The notes under the pieces are model-generated. The model had not been told where the DNA came from. It ran no database searches and worked only from the letters and a program-made list of their open reading frames with translations. Made by a program: the position numbers and the translations under genes. A stretch of DNA of 64,000 nt. Source: Candidatus Levyibacteriota bacterium. GTDB lineage: Bacteria > Patescibacteriota > Microgenomatia > Levybacterales > UBA12049. Shown here one piece after another: positions 8,953-18,887 of this stretch; the stretch's first letter is position 1; each line of letters begins with the position of its first letter. The stretch covers positions 108,257-172,256 of the forward strand of contig PLZJ01000002.1 of NCBI GenBank assembly GCA_003152105.1, written 5' to 3'.

Positions 8953-9402
8953 TTAACCAATTAAGCGTTTTACTTCTTTTTCGAAATCTTCAACATCTAC
9001 AAAGCGTTTAAATACACTTGAGAACCGAATATATGCCACTTTATCTATTGTTTTTAAATTTGCTGCTATCATGCTTCCTATCTTACTGCTTTCAATTTCA
9101 CTTGCTTCTGTGGTCCTTAGTTCTCGTTCTATATCATGCACAATCTTATCTATTGCTTCTAAGCTTACTGTTGTTTTTTCGCATGCGCGAAGAATTCCGT
9201 TTTTTAATTTATCTCTACTAAACTGTTCCCGAGTCTTATCTTTTTTTATTACATACAAGTTGATATTTTCAACTCTTTCGTATGTAGTAAATCGTTTTGA
9301 GCAAGTAACACAGGCTCGTCTTCTACGAATCGTTCCTAGGTCATCACTGTCTCTTGTCTCTACAACTTCTGTTTGTCTACCTCCGCAATATGGACATCTC
9401 AT
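8953..9402 (-). CDS. nrdR: transcriptional repressor NrdR (zinc ribbon + ATP-cone)
   Basis: MRCPYCGG...CVTCSKRFTTYERVE N-terminal zinc ribbon; 149 aa, typical NrdR length. Confidence 0.9.
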   Translation of the reverse strand: MRCPYCGGRQTEVVETRDSDDLGTIRRRRACVTCSKRFTTYERVENINLYVIKKDKTREQFSRDKLKNGILRACEKTTVSLEAIDKIVHDIERELRTTEASEIESSKIGSMIAANLKTIDKVAYIRFSSVFKRFVDVEDFEKEVKRLIG

Positions 9403-9405
9403 ACC

Positions 9406-9453
9406 TGCTATATATAGTGCTCTCTATCATAATATTGCACTACATATAAGGTG
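9406..9453 (-). promoter_or_regulatory. two NrdR-box-like palindromes spaced ~32 bp centre to centre upstream of nrdR-nrdJ
   Basis: Box 1 gcactatatatagc at 9406-9421 (reverse strand); box 2 cactacatataaggtg at 9438-9453. Both resemble the 16-bp NrdR consensus acaCwAtATaTwGtgt, and tandem boxes three helical turns apart are typical. Confidence 0.35.
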
Positions 9454-9547
9454 TCAACTAGAAATATCTATATCATATATAGTCACTAGCTTTGGGGCAT
9501 TATTTTTTCGCTAGCTTACTCACTTAATGGAAACAAAAACTGAACAA

Positions 9548-10111
9548 TTAGTTATTTTTGTGCACTTTATTTGACGACAATGCGTCTACCATTTTTTGTA
9601 AAATTAATACCCTATTTTCAATTGATACAAAAGATCTTTTTAAGAGCGGCGATGATCCATTTTCAATTTGTCTTAAAACTTCATAATGTTTTTGCGACGC
9701 TAATGTTAATCTTGACTGTAACGTGTCGATATTTAACCCTTCACTTTTTGCAAGAGAAGCAGTATCTATTGCTTCATTAAAATAGTTTTCTGCTTTTGAA
9801 GCGGTTGAAATTACTAAAATATCGTTTTGCTTATGCTCATTATGTAAAAGTACTGCTGCATTTAGTCTCTTATCTGCTTGAAGTAGTTCTAGTTGAGATT
9901 TTTTTATTGGATCAGAAATCAAAAATATTATAAATTTATCACGAATAACTTTTAATACATATAAAGGGTTATCAGGTAATATACCTGGATAAGGCAAATC
10001 GTATTGCACATCCTTTATGGGAGCTGTGCTAACTGCATACACGTTTCCAATAGAAATAGCATAAAAACAAATACCTATACAGATAAATAATATGACTACA
10101 TAAATACGCAT
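9548..10111 (-). CDS. secreted/membrane-anchored hypothetical protein (DUF5667-like PGILPDNPLY motif)
   Basis: N-terminal hydrophobic segment. The motif LPYPGILPDNPLYVLK is remembered as the DUF5667 signature common in Patescibacteria. Confidence 0.4.
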   Translation of the reverse strand: MRIYVVILFICIGICFYAISIGNVYAVSTAPIKDVQYDLPYPGILPDNPLYVLKVIRDKFIIFLISDPIKKSQLELLQADKRLNAAVLLHNEHKQNDILVISTASKAENYFNEAIDTASLAKSEGLNIDTLQSRLTLASQKHYEVLRQIENGSSPLLKRSFVSIENRVLILQKMVDALSSNKVHKNN

Positions 10112-10293
10112 ATATTAAATAGTTATTATAACTAAGATGTAATGATTAAGAAGTAAATAATTTTCATATAAAAATAGTAGTAATGTGCCACGATTGTAAC
10201 GTATGAATAGAACCATTGCAAGTAAGAAAATAGCGATTAAAATCTATAAAAATACCTTACTTAAATAGAAGATAAAACTTGCTATTAATTATT

Positions 10294-10887
10294 CTATTGA
10301 GGATACCTAATTGATTCTAAAGCTATGCGAAGTGTTTCTTCTTGATTATGGCTATATGTATTAATTACTAAATCATAATATTTTTTATCCCAATATACCC
10401 ATTCTTGGTCGTTTTGTACATATAAACGTCTAAATTTTTCTAAGTGTTGTCTTTCTCTTTCTTTTACTTCAAATTTTGCTTCTTCTACTGAAACTTTATC
10501 TCTATTAACTATTCTATCTATCCTGATATCTGTTTTATCTTCACCGGTCTCGTCTTCACAAATAACTAATATTTTAAAAACACCATCTATTCTTTCTGCA
10601 TCAAAACCTGCTAAATGACTTTGTACAATTTGATGAGATTCGCTCTTGAGCATTTCCTTAATTCTATTTTCGTATTCTAAATCAAAATGATCTGGTCGTT
10701 TTTTTGTATCTACAATGCTATGACCTGCTTCTGAGGCAATTTTACGAAATAACGCTCCTCCATCAAGCATTTTCCAGTTTAATTTTTCTGCCAGTTTTTG
10801 AGCAAGAGTCGTTGCGCCACTTGCAATTCTTCCTGATACAGTTATATTACGAATACTATCAAGATCAATTGAAGAATGTTTATCCAT
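10294..10887 (-). CDS. cytidylate kinase-like P-loop NTPase family protein (degenerate P-loop)
   Basis: ITVSGRIASGATTLAQKLAEKL resembles archaeal-type CMP kinase N-termini, but the Walker A lysine is replaced (GxxxxGATT). Confidence 0.4.
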   Translation of the reverse strand: MDKHSSIDLDSIRNITVSGRIASGATTLAQKLAEKLNWKMLDGGALFRKIASEAGHSIVDTKKRPDHFDLEYENRIKEMLKSESHQIVQSHLAGFDAERIDGVFKILVICEDETGEDKTDIRIDRIVNRDKVSVEEAKFEVKERERQHLEKFRRLYVQNDQEWVYWDKKYYDLVINTYSHNQEETLRIALESIRYPQ

Positions 10888-10890
10888 AAA

Positions 10891-11943
10891 TTATTGAGCG
10901 CTAGAGGCAGTTTGAGCTTTATTAAATAGAAGTACTTCTTCTACTAAACGGTTCGCATAACCATACTCATTATCATACCAAGCAATTACTTTTATAAGAT
11001 TGCCCATGGCCTGTGTTAACGATAGATCTACAATGCAGGAATGTGAGTTTCCCACAATATCTGATGAAACAATAGGATCATTTGTTACCTCAATAATTCC
11101 CTTATACGCATCGTTTTCTGAAGCAGTTTTTAACGCTGCATTTATCTCATCAACCGTAGTTTCTTTTTTCAAGAGAAATGTAAAATCAGATAATGAGCCA
11201 ACGATTGTTGGAACACGTATTGAAATGCCTTCGAATATTCCTTTTAGAGGTGCGTATGCTTCACCTGCTGCTATAGTTGCGCCTGTCGAAGTTGGGATAA
11301 TATTATGAGCAGCTGCTCGTGCTCTCCTGTAATCTTTATGACCCCCATCCTGAAGCTCTTGATCTGATGTGTAGCTATGTATTGTTGTCATCATTGCTTT
11401 TTCAATTCCAAAGGATTCATTGATTACTTTGGCAACTGGCGTTATGCAGTTTGTCGTACATGAAGCATTTGATATTAATTGATCTCCTTTAAAATCAGCT
11501 TGGTTAATTGATAAAACATAGGTTGGAATTTCTCCTTCTTTAACAGGCGCTGAAAGCACGACAGCTTTTGCTCCTGCAGCTATGTGTGGATGTAATTTTT
11601 CAGCAGTTGTAAAATGACCTGTTGATTCAATTACGACATCAACGTCTAATAGTTTCCATGGTAATAAGCTTGGATCTTTTTGTGAATAAACAGGTATTTT
11701 CTTATCATTGATAAGTAAAGATCCAATCGATCCTCCAGCAGTAGAAGTATCAATACCTAAGTTAAAATTTTGTAATGACCCATAAGAGGTATCGTATTTT
11801 AATAAATACATCCAGCCCTTCAAATCTGTAGAAGAGCCAGCATTTATCGCAACTATTTCAATTTCTTGTGCATGTTTTTCTAAAATTACTCTATGCGCTA
11901 CACGTCCTATCCTTCCATATCCATTAATTGCAACCTTTAACAT
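10891..11943 (-). CDS. gap: glyceraldehyde-3-phosphate dehydrogenase
   Basis: N-terminal INGYGRIGR Rossmann motif and catalytic NASCTTNC. Confidence 0.95.
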   Translation of the reverse strand: MLKVAINGYGRIGRVAHRVILEKHAQEIEIVAINAGSSTDLKGWMYLLKYDTSYGSLQNFNLGIDTSTAGGSIGSLLINDKKIPVYSQKDPSLLPWKLLDVDVVIESTGHFTTAEKLHPHIAAGAKAVVLSAPVKEGEIPTYVLSINQADFKGDQLISNASCTTNCITPVAKVINESFGIEKAMMTTIHSYTSDQELQDGGHKDYRRARAAAHNIIPTSTGATIAAGEAYAPLKGIFEGISIRVPTIVGSLSDFTFLLKKETTVDEINAALKTASENDAYKGIIEVTNDPIVSSDIVGNSHSCIVDLSLTQAMGNLIKVIAWYDNEYGYANRLVEEVLLFNKAQTASSAQ

Positions 11944-12021
11944 ATAGTTAGTATAAAAGGTATTGTGTTTTAGAGCAAGGGGAAAATAATATATGTATTT
12001 ATTGAAGGCAAAATTACAAAC

Positions 12022-13095
12022 TTATTTTTCACATAGTGCAATTAAACCAGGTAATTTTTCCCCACTTAGCAATAGCAACATTGCACCGCCTCCTGTAGAA
12101 ACAAACGAGAATTTATCTAAGATATGTAGTTCTTGCAAAAATTCCGTAGTATCTCCTCCTCCTAAAATTGTATGAGCCGACGAACGCGATACTGCATCTG
12201 CTATCACACGCGTGCCATGTTCTGTCTCAGGCATACCTTTTCTGTCATTTGTTGGACGAATTAAACCCATAGGACCATTCCAGACTATCATATTAGCAAG
12301 CTTAATGACTTGCAAAAAGTTATCAATACTATTTTGGGTAATATCGGTTCCTTGTTCAATCAAATCAGCTACCAAAACTACATTGCCAGTATCAATCTTT
12401 GTAACTTTTTCTAAAACCTGCGTTTCAGCGGCAATCTTTCCTCCAACCAATACATAATCAGCAATAGCATGCATTTTTTCTACCAATGGCAACTTGGTTT
12501 CTAATTTTGCTCCACCAATAATAACAACTAAGGGATGTTTTGGCTTTTTAAAAACGAGATCCAGTTCTTCAACTTCTTTCTGTAAATGTATTCCTGCATA
12601 ATGGGGCAATTTTTTACACACGCCAGTAATAGAAGCGTTATTTCTGTGCGATACCGCAAATGCATCATTGCAATAAACATCAGCAATATTTGCTAATTTA
12701 TTAACAAGTTCTGGACTATTTTTATGTTCACCTGGATCAAAACGCAAATTTTCCAAAAGATAGAGTTTATTGCTCAATTGCCAACCACTTAGCTGACCAA
12801 TTGGTTGTTTAGTGGATGTAAATTGTAAGCCTAGCTTTTTAGCGAACCATTTAGCTACTGGGTCAAGCGAGTATGCATCGTCTTGCCCATCTGGCCTCCC
12901 TAGATGTCCACATAAAATTATCGTAGCGTTTTGGTTTTGAAGATAAGTTATTGTCTCGAGTGAGGCGTGCAATCGAGAATCATCTAATATATCTTTATTA
13001 TGTAGGGGAACATCGATATCTACCCTAAGAAGTACTTTACGATTATGAACTTGTGCCTCTTGAATTTTTGGTAACGTCATAACAACTAATTGCAA
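12022..13095 (-). CDS. pgk: phosphoglycerate kinase
   Basis: N-terminal RVDIDVP...HLGRP; C-terminal STGGGAMLLLLSGEKLPGLIAL. Confidence 0.9.
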   Translation of the reverse strand: MQLVVMTLPKIQEAQVHNRKVLLRVDIDVPLHNKDILDDSRLHASLETITYLQNQNATIILCGHLGRPDGQDDAYSLDPVAKWFAKKLGLQFTSTKQPIGQLSGWQLSNKLYLLENLRFDPGEHKNSPELVNKLANIADVYCNDAFAVSHRNNASITGVCKKLPHYAGIHLQKEVEELDLVFKKPKHPLVVIIGGAKLETKLPLVEKMHAIADYVLVGGKIAAETQVLEKVTKIDTGNVVLVADLIEQGTDITQNSIDNFLQVIKLANMIVWNGPMGLIRPTNDRKGMPETEHGTRVIADAVSRSSAHTILGGGDTTEFLQELHILDKFSFVSTGGGAMLLLLSGEKLPGLIALCEK

Positions 13096-13189
13096 GTAAT
13101 TCTTTACTATTATAGCGTACTCTATGGTGTATGAATACTATTTTATTGTCAGATGTCAAAACAAATGTTATTATAGTTTGGTGAAAAAG

Positions 13190-15328
13190 ATGCCTAAAAT
13201 TATGAAAAAACGCCCGAGAATTAGGTATGTAATTGTCTCATTACTGATTGTGAGCATTGCTTTATTTTATTACTATATACTCAAAGACCTCCCTTCTCCT
13301 ACTAAACTTGGCAGTACAAATTTTCCCCAATCTAGTCAAATATATGATCGAAACGGCGTTCTTCTATATACAATTTATGGCAATAGAAATCAAATATTCA
13401 TTCCACTTTCAAAAATCCCCAAGCAACTCCAACAGGCAACCTTATCTATTGAGGATAAAAACTTCTATAATCATGGAGCAATTGACATTCGAGCCATACT
13501 TCGTTCTTTAGTTTCAATTATTACGCATAACGAATTACAAGGAGGGTCCACATTAACTCAGCAACTCGTAAAGAATAGTTTATTAACTCCTGAAAGAACT
13601 ATTCCTCGTAAAATTAAAGAAGTAATACTTTCTTTTGCAACTGAAATTATATATCCAAAAGACAAGATATTAGAGATGTACCTAAATCAATCTCCGTATG
13701 GTGGGACTGCATGGGGTGTCGAGGCAGCTTCAGAAATGTATTTTGGTAAACACGTCTACGAATTAGATCTTGCTGAATCTGCCATGCTTGCAGGTTTACC
13801 AAATTCACCAACCAGCTATTCCCCTTTCGGAGCACATCCAGATTTAGGAAGACAAAGACAACTCGAAGTACTCTCTCAAATGCTACAACAAAATTATATT
13901 ACCAAGTCCCAATATAATGCTGCAGCAGCAGAACAACTGCATTTTCAATCCTTAGCTAGAAATGATATTAAAGCTCCGCACTGGGTATTCTATATCAAAG
14001 ATTTACTAACAAAAAAATATGGACAATTACTTGTAGAACAAGGAGGTTTAAAAATAACCACAAGCCTAGATCTTAACCTACAAAATTATGCCCAAGCAAC
14101 TGTTGCCGCTGAGGTTGAAAAATTGGCTGGCTACCATGTTTCTAACGGAGCAGCACTGATAACGCAACCAAATACTGGCGAAATACTCGCAATGGTCGGC
14201 AGCAAAGATTATTTTGATACGGCAGATGATGGAAACGTAAATGTGACAATTTCTCTCCGACAACCTGGCTCATCTATTAAACCTGTTAATTATGTGGTTG
14301 GTATTATGAATGGTTACGGAGCTAATACGCCATTTATTGATCAACCGATTTGCTTCGGAGTTACTTATTGCCCACATAATTACGATGGCAAGTTTCATGG
14401 AGTAGTTACTATGAGACAAGCTCTTGGAAATTCCTTTAATATACCAGCTGTAAAAATGCTAAAAGTGAATGGACCTGCAGCAATGATTTCAACAGCAACT
14501 GCAATGGGAATTTCAACATTTAATAATCCTAATTGCTACGTATTGTCACTAACGCTTGGTAGTTGTGATGTAACTATGGTAGACATGGCCACCGCATTTG
14601 GAGTTTTTGCAAATGGAGGATATAGAGTAGACCTACATCCCATCCTTAAAATCGTTGACAAGGATGGAAAAGTACTTGAAGAATACCAACCATCAGATAG
14701 TGGCTTTTTTGGACAAAAAGTAATATCACCTGGTGCTGCCTTTATTATTTCCGATATATTAGCTGATAATAATGCTCGATTACTCGAATTTGGTCCTTCA
14801 TCATCTCTTCGTGTAGTCGGACAACATGTATCAGTTAAAACAGGAACTACAAATGACTTTCGTGACAATTGGACAATTGGCTATACGCCAAGCTATTTAG
14901 TCGCAACATGGGTTGGTAATGACGACAATACGCCAATGGAGGGTCTCGTGTCGGGAATAACTGGAGCTGCACCAATGTGGCATGATTTAATGACACACAT
15001 GCTTGAAAATAAACTTCCTGAAAGCACTGTGATACCATCAGGTGTTATAAAAAGAGGCGTTTGTGTAGGAGCGGGACAACTATCTTCCGATCCAAATGCT
15101 GCAAGCAAATGTCCTGAAAGCTATGATTATACGCTTTCTGGAACACCACAACATTCATATGTTTCTCAACAAAAAGTATTTATCGATACAACAACTAATG
15201 ATTTAGCTAAGCCTGGACAAACTGCAAATGTAGGCCAAAAAGATGAAACTATCCTTACCGATCCATCAGGAGATAAATATTGCTTAAGTTGCCCTCATCC
15301 GTCCCCCTCTCCTACTCCCACTCCATAA
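13190..15328 (+). CDS. class A penicillin-binding protein (PBP1A; GT51 transglycosylase + transpeptidase)
   Basis: GT51 motifs EDKNFYNHGAID and GGSTLTQQ; transpeptidase motifs SSIKP (SxxK), SFN, KTGTT. Start at MPKIMKKRP (weak GGTGA SD) is preferred over the track's upstream M at 13124. Confidence 0.85.
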   Translation: MPKIMKKRPRIRYVIVSLLIVSIALFYYYILKDLPSPTKLGSTNFPQSSQIYDRNGVLLYTIYGNRNQIFIPLSKIPKQLQQATLSIEDKNFYNHGAIDIRAILRSLVSIITHNELQGGSTLTQQLVKNSLLTPERTIPRKIKEVILSFATEIIYPKDKILEMYLNQSPYGGTAWGVEAASEMYFGKHVYELDLAESAMLAGLPNSPTSYSPFGAHPDLGRQRQLEVLSQMLQQNYITKSQYNAAAAEQLHFQSLARNDIKAPHWVFYIKDLLTKKYGQLLVEQGGLKITTSLDLNLQNYAQATVAAEVEKLAGYHVSNGAALITQPNTGEILAMVGSKDYFDTADDGNVNVTISLRQPGSSIKPVNYVVGIMNGYGANTPFIDQPICFGVTYCPHNYDGKFHGVVTMRQALGNSFNIPAVKMLKVNGPAAMISTATAMGISTFNNPNCYVLSLTLGSCDVTMVDMATAFGVFANGGYRVDLHPILKIVDKDGKVLEEYQPSDSGFFGQKVISPGAAFIISDILADNNARLLEFGPSSSLRVVGQHVSVKTGTTNDFRDNWTIGYTPSYLVATWVGNDDNTPMEGLVSGITGAAPMWHDLMTHMLENKLPESTVIPSGVIKRGVCVGAGQLSSDPNAASKCPESYDYTLSGTPQHSYVSQQKVFIDTTTNDLAKPGQTANVGQKDETILTDPSGDKYCLSCPHPSPSPTPTP

Positions 15329-15705
15329 CCATTTCCTGCTTTTCAAGGCATACCCCCTGTTGTATAATGCAGGCGTCCCAATCTGCTTATGTAATCGTTA
15401 TGCAAATCTTTGTCAACATTATTGTCTTTTTATTGCTTGTAATGATAAAAATCGGCGATTTGATTCTCCTGACGGTAGAAATCTTACTAAAAATATGTAG
15501 AAAAATATTTTTCTTATGCTTGAGGCTTATTGATTTTATCGGATTACTATTCTATAAATTTTTCGGTTTGTTATTTACCATAATTAAAACTGATGCGCAT
15601 AACATCAAGAGTGCATTTTCGAAGATACAGGAAGATGTAAAAAATACTGGCTCTTCGCCATATAAATTGGCAAAAAAGAAAAAAGCAAAAAAACATAAAA
15701 CTAAC

Positions 15706-17697
15706 ATGCATGTTAGTTTTCACTTAGGTTTTTTTACTAAAATACGCTATTTTATTACAGGAGGGATATTCTCACTAATCATCATTGGCGCTCCTCTAAC
15801 GTTTTATGTATTTATACAAAGCCTTCCAAACCCTAATCAATTAATTACCGAACAGATACCGCAAACTACGAAAATTTACGACCGGAATCATGTTTTGCTT
15901 TATCAAATTTATGCAAATCAGAACAGAACTTTGGTTCACTTACGAGATGTTCCCAACTATTTACGAGAAGGCACTATTGCAATCGAAGACAAAGATTTTT
16001 ACACTCATCCAGGTTTTGATATAACGGCAATTTTTCGTTCTTTTCTTCAAGATGTTTCAGGCAAGCAACTGCAGGGCGGATCAACAATTACACAACAATT
16101 GATAAAATCAACACTTCTTACACCTCAAACGAGCATTACAAGAAAAATAAAAGAAATTGTGTTAGCTTTTTGGGCAGAACGCATTTATTCGAAAAATCAA
16201 ATCTTAGAAATGTATTTTAACGTAGTGCCTTATGGTGGAACAGCGTGGGGAGTAGAAGCGGCATCTGAAACTTATTTTGGAATTCATGTCTCTGATCTTG
16301 ACCTTGCGCAATCTGCTTTTTTAGCTGGATTACCACAAGCACCAACTATTTATTCTCCTTTCGGATCAAGCCCAAATGCATGGAAGGCAAGACAAAAAGA
16401 GGTTTTAGATAGAATGCAGCAACTTGGATACATATCCAAACCACAAGAAACCCAGGCGTTATCTGAACAATTGCAATTTCAAAGTCCGCAAACTCCTATT
16501 CTTGCACCACATTTCGTCATGTACGTTAGAGATTTACTCATTCAAAAATACGGCTTACCTTTAGTTGAAAAAGGAGGACTAACAGTCATAACATCACTTG
16601 ATACCAATATGCAAAATGAAGCACAAAAAATAGTTTCAAATGAAGTGCAAAATGACGCGTATTTAAATATTTCTAATGGTGCAGCACTTATTACGAATCC
16701 TTCAAATGGAGACATACTAGCAATGATAGGTAGTAAGGATTATTCTGACCCTAATTATGGCGCGGTAAATATCGCTACGTCACCACGTCAACCTGGTTCT
16801 TCAATAAAAGCAGTTACATACTCATCTGCATTAAGTAATGGATTTACTGCAGCAACAATTCTTGACGATTCCCCTGTTACATATACCGACCCTTGGGGTA
16901 ATTCTTATTCACCAGTCAATTATGATGGTAAATTTCACGGAAAAATCCCGCTTCGCATTGCACTTGCAAATTCATTTAATATTCCTGCAGTTAAAACATT
17001 GAATCAAATTGGTATACCTACCATGATCAGTTATGCTAAACAAATGGGAATTACCACATGGGGAAGCCCAAGTAATTACGGATTATCAATAACACTAGGA
17101 GCTGCTGAAGTAAAAATGACAGATATGGCAGAGGTATATGGAACGCTCGCGAATGGGGGTTTACATGTTGGTTTAAATCCTATTCTAAAAATTTCAGATG
17201 CAAATGGAAATATTCTAGAGCAAAAAAATCCAGACAACATTACGTCTCAACGAGTATTAAGCCAAGGAGTTTCATATATAATGTCTGATATTTTAGCAGA
17301 TAATAATGCAAGAACATTAGAGTTTGGACCAAATTCTCCGCTTTATATCCCAGGAGAATACGTATCTGTAAAAACAGGAACAACAGATGACAAGAGAGAT
17401 AATTGGACTGATGGCTATACAAAAAATAGAGTGGTTATCACGTGGGTAGGTAATAACGATAATACTCCAATGAGCCAAGCCCTTGCCTCAGGCATTACTG
17501 GCGCAGCTCCAATTTGGCACGCAATAATGACAAGTCTTTTACAAAACCAGGTAGCTTCAAAGCCACCTGCTCCAGAGGATATAGTTAGTAAACAGTGTTA
17601 TGGTCATGTGGAATATTTTGTAAAAGGAACTGAAAATAGTGTAAATTGTAGCTCATATCAATATGGGACTCCTACTCCAACAATTAAAAAATCTTAA
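15706..17697 (+). CDS. class A penicillin-binding protein paralog (PBP1A-like)
   Basis: Same GT51 (EDKDFYTHPGFD, GGSTITQQ) and transpeptidase (SSIKA, SFN, KTGTT) motifs as the upstream PBP. Start uncertain: 15706 gives the canonical short tail + TM; in-frame alternatives lie at 15442 and 15367. Confidence 0.75.
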   Translation: MHVSFHLGFFTKIRYFITGGIFSLIIIGAPLTFYVFIQSLPNPNQLITEQIPQTTKIYDRNHVLLYQIYANQNRTLVHLRDVPNYLREGTIAIEDKDFYTHPGFDITAIFRSFLQDVSGKQLQGGSTITQQLIKSTLLTPQTSITRKIKEIVLAFWAERIYSKNQILEMYFNVVPYGGTAWGVEAASETYFGIHVSDLDLAQSAFLAGLPQAPTIYSPFGSSPNAWKARQKEVLDRMQQLGYISKPQETQALSEQLQFQSPQTPILAPHFVMYVRDLLIQKYGLPLVEKGGLTVITSLDTNMQNEAQKIVSNEVQNDAYLNISNGAALITNPSNGDILAMIGSKDYSDPNYGAVNIATSPRQPGSSIKAVTYSSALSNGFTAATILDDSPVTYTDPWGNSYSPVNYDGKFHGKIPLRIALANSFNIPAVKTLNQIGIPTMISYAKQMGITTWGSPSNYGLSITLGAAEVKMTDMAEVYGTLANGGLHVGLNPILKISDANGNILEQKNPDNITSQRVLSQGVSYIMSDILADNNARTLEFGPNSPLYIPGEYVSVKTGTTDDKRDNWTDGYTKNRVVITWVGNNDNTPMSQALASGITGAAPIWHAIMTSLLQNQVASKPPAPEDIVSKQCYGHVEYFVKGTENSVNCSSYQYGTPTPTIKKS

Positions 17698-18332
17698 GTG
17701 TGAAGAAGATTATGTAGCGTTTTATATTGTGTATTTGGATCGTGTTTAAACAAAAAGCTCGTGGTCACAAATCTATTTGCTCCTGCATTTTTCGCCGCAA
17801 CAATAGTATCGTCATTAATTCCACCATCAACTTCTATTGATACATGTTTGTTACTCTCTAGATCCAGTTGCTTAATTTTATTCAATCGATCATTCTTAAA
17901 CATTGCATTTGAAAAACCAACACGGTCTGCGGAATAAATTAATAGTGAATCAACTGCATCTAGTGGTGTTGATATCTGAGATATGGGAGTGGGTCCATCA
18001 ATAGCTAGTCCAGCATTACCATATTTCTTAGCTCTATTTAAAAATGACTTCTGATTACTCATTTTTTCAATATGCCCTAAAAACCTCCTAAATCCTGCTT
18101 TTCCAAAACTATCTATGTATTGCTCTGGTTCTTCAACCATCATATGTACTTCCAATATAATATCTTTTGCGTATTTATGAAAAGGAGTAGGATCTATAAA
18201 TGTTTTATTTTTGATAAATATTCCATCAATAATATCTATATGAATGCTTTTAGCAAAAGGGCGCACAAGATTAATTTTATGTTCGATCTCAAACCAACTA
18301 CTTTCTAAAATTCCTGGAATTATTTCAAACAT
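17694..18332 (-). CDS. rpe: ribulose-phosphate 3-epimerase-like
   Basis: HIDIIDG (metal-binding), VHMMV, IEVDGGIN, matching Rpe TIM-barrel landmarks. Confidence 0.7.
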   Translation of the reverse strand: MFEIIPGILESSWFEIEHKINLVRPFAKSIHIDIIDGIFIKNKTFIDPTPFHKYAKDIILEVHMMVEEPEQYIDSFGKAGFRRFLGHIEKMSNQKSFLNRAKKYGNAGLAIDGPTPISQISTPLDAVDSLLIYSADRVGFSNAMFKNDRLNKIKQLDLESNKHVSIEVDGGINDDTIVAAKNAGANRFVTTSFLFKHDPNTQYKTLHNLLHT

Positions 18333-18837
18333 TACTCATTTCCTTTTCAAGTCTAAGAATTTTATTAATTCTTCTCGTGTGTCTTTCCTCAGAAGGAAAA
18401 GGAGTATCTAGCCACAGCTTAATTATATGACAAGCTTCTTCTAAAGATACAAAACTAGCTCCAATAGAGAGCATATTTGCATTGTTATGTTCTCTAGTTA
18501 ATCTAATCATTTCATAGGGATCGTGGCTCTCTCTTCCAGAAATATCCGCAGATTTAATCGGGACTGCTTGACCATAATATAAAACGCATCTTACATTAGC
18601 AAACTTATTCGCAACTATTGCTTCACCTTGACCAGAACTACCAAATATTATTCCTCGAGATTGAGTATCCTCTGATACTTTTTTTGCTGCTTTACTAATA
18701 TAATCCGGGTAATCATCATTTTTATCGAACGTAAATGCCCCGCTATCTTCAACTTCATACCCTTTGTCTTTGAGAAATTGCTTTACTTTTTCTTTAAGTT
18801 CAAAACCTGCATGATCTGTTGCAATATGTACTTTCAT
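18325..18837 (-). CDS. rpiB: ribose-5-phosphate isomerase B (RpiB/LacAB family)
   Basis: MKVHIATDHAGFELK... and GIIFGSSGQGEAIVANK, typical of RpiB. Confidence 0.85.
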   Translation of the reverse strand: MKVHIATDHAGFELKEKVKQFLKDKGYEVEDSGAFTFDKNDDYPDYISKAAKKVSEDTQSRGIIFGSSGQGEAIVANKFANVRCVLYYGQAVPIKSADISGRESHDPYEMIRLTREHNNANMLSIGASFVSLEEACHIIKLWLDTPFPSEERHTRRINKILRLEKEMSNV

Positions 18838-18887
18838 ATGAAGCTTGTTAAAAGTGTATGCTTGAGAAAAAGAATTGTCAATAAGTA

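Noticed and set aside
13124-15705. Track start sites 13124 (PBP1A-1) and 15280 (PBP1A-2)
   Set aside because: 13124 adds a Cys/Tyr-rich extension over the promoter region. 15280 overlaps the end of the upstream PBP and adds ~140 residues of low-complexity hydrophobic sequence. Downstream ATGs give the canonical short tail + TM + GT51 layout.
15329-15705. N-terminal extension of PBP1A-2 as a separate small membrane-protein gene
   Set aside because: It is in frame with the PBP and has no independent stop or SD. It cannot be distinguished from a 5' UTR or alternative start without data.
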